A stretch of 63,994 nt of DNA, filler included, from Sphacelaria rigidula (Eukaryota): assembly GCA_964200075.2 (NCBI GenBank). It is 4 parts of 4 records of this genome, joined end to end, with 100 filler letters (N's around TTAATTAATTAA, not from the genome) between each part and the next. Parts side by side here need not be neighbours in the genome. Positions count along the whole stretch, not along the records: positions 48,330 to 63,994 come from CAXNAA020001654.1; 3 more parts are not named here. One strand, written 5' to 3'. A program made the position numbers and the translations under genes. Each line of letters opens with the position of its first letter. Position 1 is the first letter of the stretch. This document shows positions 60,581 through 63,994 of this stretch, piece after piece. The notes beneath the pieces were generated by a model. The model was not told where the DNA came from. It saw only the letters and a program-made list of their open reading frames with translations, and did not search any database.

Positions 60581-62559
60581 TAACCCAAGGTGAATTGAAG
60601 AGAGCGAAAATACGACGAACGCTCAAATTCGGTACTCGCCCAAATTGAGGACCTGTCCACATCAGGCGGAGGACTAAAACATACGACATGCCCTGCTTCA
60701 CTGTGCCGTAGCAAAAACACCCTCACGCCCTTTCTCGTGTGTTGGAGCTCTCACTGTCTGTTTTGTTGCGGTGCGTTCACGCATTGCAAAGACGATTTGG
60801 ATTCCATCAGCTGCGATATTGGCGTTGTGTTAGTCGGCACGCATTGCTGGCTGCATGCTGTTGAAAGCTTCATGGGTATGTTTCGCCTTCGGTAAGACGA
60901 ACAACGCCCTGTCCGCTGCTGCGACACTCCGTACTGGTGCCGTGCGTTAGGCGCCTATACTGCACCGTACTACTGTATTGGCGTGAAACGCGCTACGAGT
61001 TAGACCGCACGAACAAATGGTTTTAAAGTACTCCCCTGGCCATTCCCAAGCGAAATGAAGCGATCTGATGGGTAAGTTACCAAGCAAATCTGTCCCGCTA
61101 CAAATACAGTCTGCCGGAATTTCCACCTGTCGAGTCTTGACCTCGAATCTCCTGGAGTGTGGACTGCCGAAAGTACTCAATTTTTAAATGAACGTTACAG
61201 TACTCGACAGGTGGAAATGCGAAGTACTGCAGAGGACGTGACGCACTGTAGATATTCATCCACATCACGTTGGATTGCGCGTCAGAGTCTTCCCATTTGC
61301 GGTACAAGTTGTCAGAGCGTTACACAGAAGGTTATTCCCTTGTTCCTCAGCTTATCTAGACATGAATACAGAAATTCATTTTTCTTCAACAGTGCAGCAC
61401 ACCTTCACGGGCGAACAAACCTTGACGGAAGTAGCTGCTGGTTGGCCTATATCGAGGCAACGCCATCGGGAAGAAGTGCCCTGTACCGCGACGGACTTTG
61501 GCTACCTCTAACGGTGCCAGACGCACCGCGTAGGTACCGAGGCATGCGCTGAAACGTTGGGCGTCCGCAACGATTACACACACCAACCGCTGGCCTGTGT
61601 TGTCATTTGATTGATGCCCCAGTTTTTGCGCCGCATCTTACGCGAAAGTACCGGGGCATGCATCGAAATGGTAGGCACCCGTTTCCAACGATAGCACATA
61701 CCAACCAGTGGGCTGTCATCTGATAAATACGCCAGTTTTTGCGCCGTATCTCTTTCAAAAAGCTGTTGACCTTTCAAGTAGCAAGCAAAGGAATTGCCGA
61801 CGTACATGACGTCGATTTATCAGATCGCGCTTTCGCGATTGCGCCACTTATTCACGCTGGCCATAAGATGGTGACGTATGTCCTGTGCACCTTCGTGTGT
61901 CGAGTCTTTCGGCTTCACTGGCATACCATTGCTCTTTTTTTTTCGCCCATCCCAGTTTCGCGTATATTTTTCACCTGGGAGAGAGACATTTGTAGTTTGC
62001 GGGTGCCGTAAGGTTCCCCATCAAGATAGGGATATGATTTTGTATGCGTGGTTGTTCGGGAGTCTGCCATTCCTCCATGGCGAATCTGAACGAGCGGGCT
62101 AATACGATGGATGGAAAAAAAGGGTCGTCAGTCACGCATGGTTTCAACACTTGTCGTGCACGCAGCCTGCTGTTCCGAAAACCCGGCCTCTGGTAGTCGC
62201 GCCAGTTTCTAGAGGATGGCAGTAGTATAAGCGTAGATGGCCGCCAGGAGATCGGATAAGCCGTACGATGGCTCCTGAGTTTCAAAGTTCTCACCCACAA
62301 TATGTCAGCTGTCCCTGCTCATCATCAGTGAGCGGGTGGGACTGAGATATTTCTTGCCTCTTCTGTTCTGAACACAACAGCCTCGAGGTCGCTCCCCCCT
62401 CTCCAACTCTCAACGTCACGAGCTCCCGCGTGGGTAGCATGGGTCTGTCAGGGGGATAAGCTCACAGCCGCGCTCCCGTGCGCGTTGCTCATGTGTGTGG
62501 GCTAAACACTCTCGACTGCAAAGATTCTGGGATCTTCGTTACAGGAGCATTTGAACGTC

Positions 62560-62860
62560 AAGGTTAACGAGATCTCTTCACGGGGAAAACATGTTCACGG
62601 AAAAGTTTCCCATCCCGTCAGTTTCTTCACGGGACGAATTCCCGTCCCGTGCCGACACGTTTCCAAATTTTCCGTCCCGTTCCCTCGTTTTTGAGGCAAG
62701 AGAGGAAGTTCTGACCCTATCCCCTCTCCGCTCTTGTATTTTGTTTCCCATTCTCATTCCGTCCTCGAGTTTCCAGTCATGCTCAACGAGAATGTCTTTT
62801 CACGAGGTGTCCCGTCACCATTGTCAACGGGACAAAAATTTCCGTCTAGTCTCAATGCGG
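62560..62860. repeat. Degenerate repeat element rich in TCCCGT/ACGGGA motifs
   Basis: Many CCCGTC and ACGGGA motifs in both orientations within 300 bp. Boundaries are approximate. Confidence 0.5.
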
Positions 62861-62931
62861 CCAATATGAACCACAGGAAGAACTTCAAAATATTGGCCCG
62901 ATATCGGTGATATTATTTTATCGGATGGCTA

Positions 62932-63994
62932 CAGGCTGGTTCACGTTCATCACCCAAAAAACACTCATCGGCAAAACCTCACGCCGTTTTAAGGCGTTAG
63001 ACCCTGAAATTTTGCACGAACGTTCTATGGTAATTACGCAACTCTCGAAGAACGAGTTTTTTTTTTACTTTTTTACTTTTTTCACCGTTTTGGGGGGGAA
63101 ATCTCGACCCAATCGGACCCACGTAAAACTGCAACAAAAAATAAAAGTAAAGAACCTCGTCCATCCAAAGTTGCGTAATGTCCCAAAGCACAGTTGTGCA
63201 AAATTTCAGAGTCTAACTCCTTAGAACGGCGTGAGGTTTTTTACCTTTGTGCGATGAAGGTTGCCATACCGCGGTCAAACCGCAAACTACTTCATTTTAG
63301 TACCAAAACGGCGTTTTTGGGCCTTCTTTGACGTGAACATGGAAATTCAAGCATCAGTTGATCGAGTTTTACGACGAAAATTTGTGGAGCCCATCCTTGG
63401 GTTGTGCGGAGGCAGATAGTTCGCGAAAAAATGAAAAAAAAAAATCGTGATGCCGTTTTTCTGGGGTACCAGAATGGAGACTACTTCGAACAACGCCTTC
63501 GATCCCGTCAGACTCCCGAAAAACGGTGAAAACTCAAGAAGTATAAAAAGCATCGTCCGTAGAAGGTTGCGTAATGATACATAGCATAGTTATGCAAAGT
63601 TTCAGGATCTAACTCTCAATGACAGCGTGAAAGTTTGCGCGTTTGTGGAGGACGTGGGCTCGGAACGTGCAACTCCCAACTACTTGGTTTTAGTATGGAA
63701 ACGTGGTTTGGGGTGAATATGACGTCATGCAAGAAAAACTGTGAGATTTCCGAGTTTCTCCACCAACCTTCGTACATGTGTTCCTTGGACTCTCCTAGGA
63801 CGCACCATTTCTCTTTTTTTCTTTCGGGATATTCTGTATCGCGTTCCGGGGATCTCCATGCTGGGACCCTCGGAAGCCGGTAGAGAACGGAGAAACCATG
63901 ATATATTGTCAACAATACAATTTTTCTATCTTGAGCATCAATACCTACGGAACTACCGACTCTGAGGGCGATCTGAGCTTTTCTACAACAGATA
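62932..63994. mobile_element. Second copy (opposite orientation, runs off the window) of the Tc1/mariner-type element at 24099-26271, lacking the nested MITE
   Basis: TA|CAGGCTGGTTCACGTTCATCACCCAAAAAACACTCATCGGCAAAACCTCACGCCG is collinear with the reverse complement of 26271 back to about 24650. Confidence 0.9.

Overview
Eukaryotic, intron-rich and transposon-dense DNA. GT-AG exons, GC-rich low-complexity exons and the repeat families suggest a brown alga (Phaeophyceae); this is an inference. The window is four pieces joined by three identical artificial 100-nt N/TTAATTAATTAA linkers (16013-16112, 32123-32222, 48230-48329), so adjacency across them is unproven. Piece 1 (1-16012) holds a four-level nested transposon stack. 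A degenerate gag-like ORF1 (possibly DIRS/Ngaro) is split by a 9.2-kb copia-type LTR element with unusual TA...TA termini, a 5-bp TSD, gag plus a dead protease and no visible IN/RT. That element carries a CAC-ended MITE and a younger 3.4-kb TG...CA LTR element, which in turn holds a 454-bp foldback MITE. Piece 2 (16113-32122) has four phase-consistent minus-strand exons of a FUSC/ArAE(ALMT)-like transporter among Tc1/mariner-, hAT-, Harbinger- and Mutator-like non-autonomous elements and a ~2-kb head-to-head repeat palindrome. Piece 3 (32223-48229) is mostly repeats plus a candidate 3-exon plus-strand orphan gene or pseudogene with an in-frame TGA. Piece 4 (48330-63994) has the first two exons of DNA topoisomerase I (minus) head-to-head with a gene encoding at least two calponin-homology domains (plus). 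I found no rRNA, tRNA or CRISPR array. All alignments and counts were done by eye.
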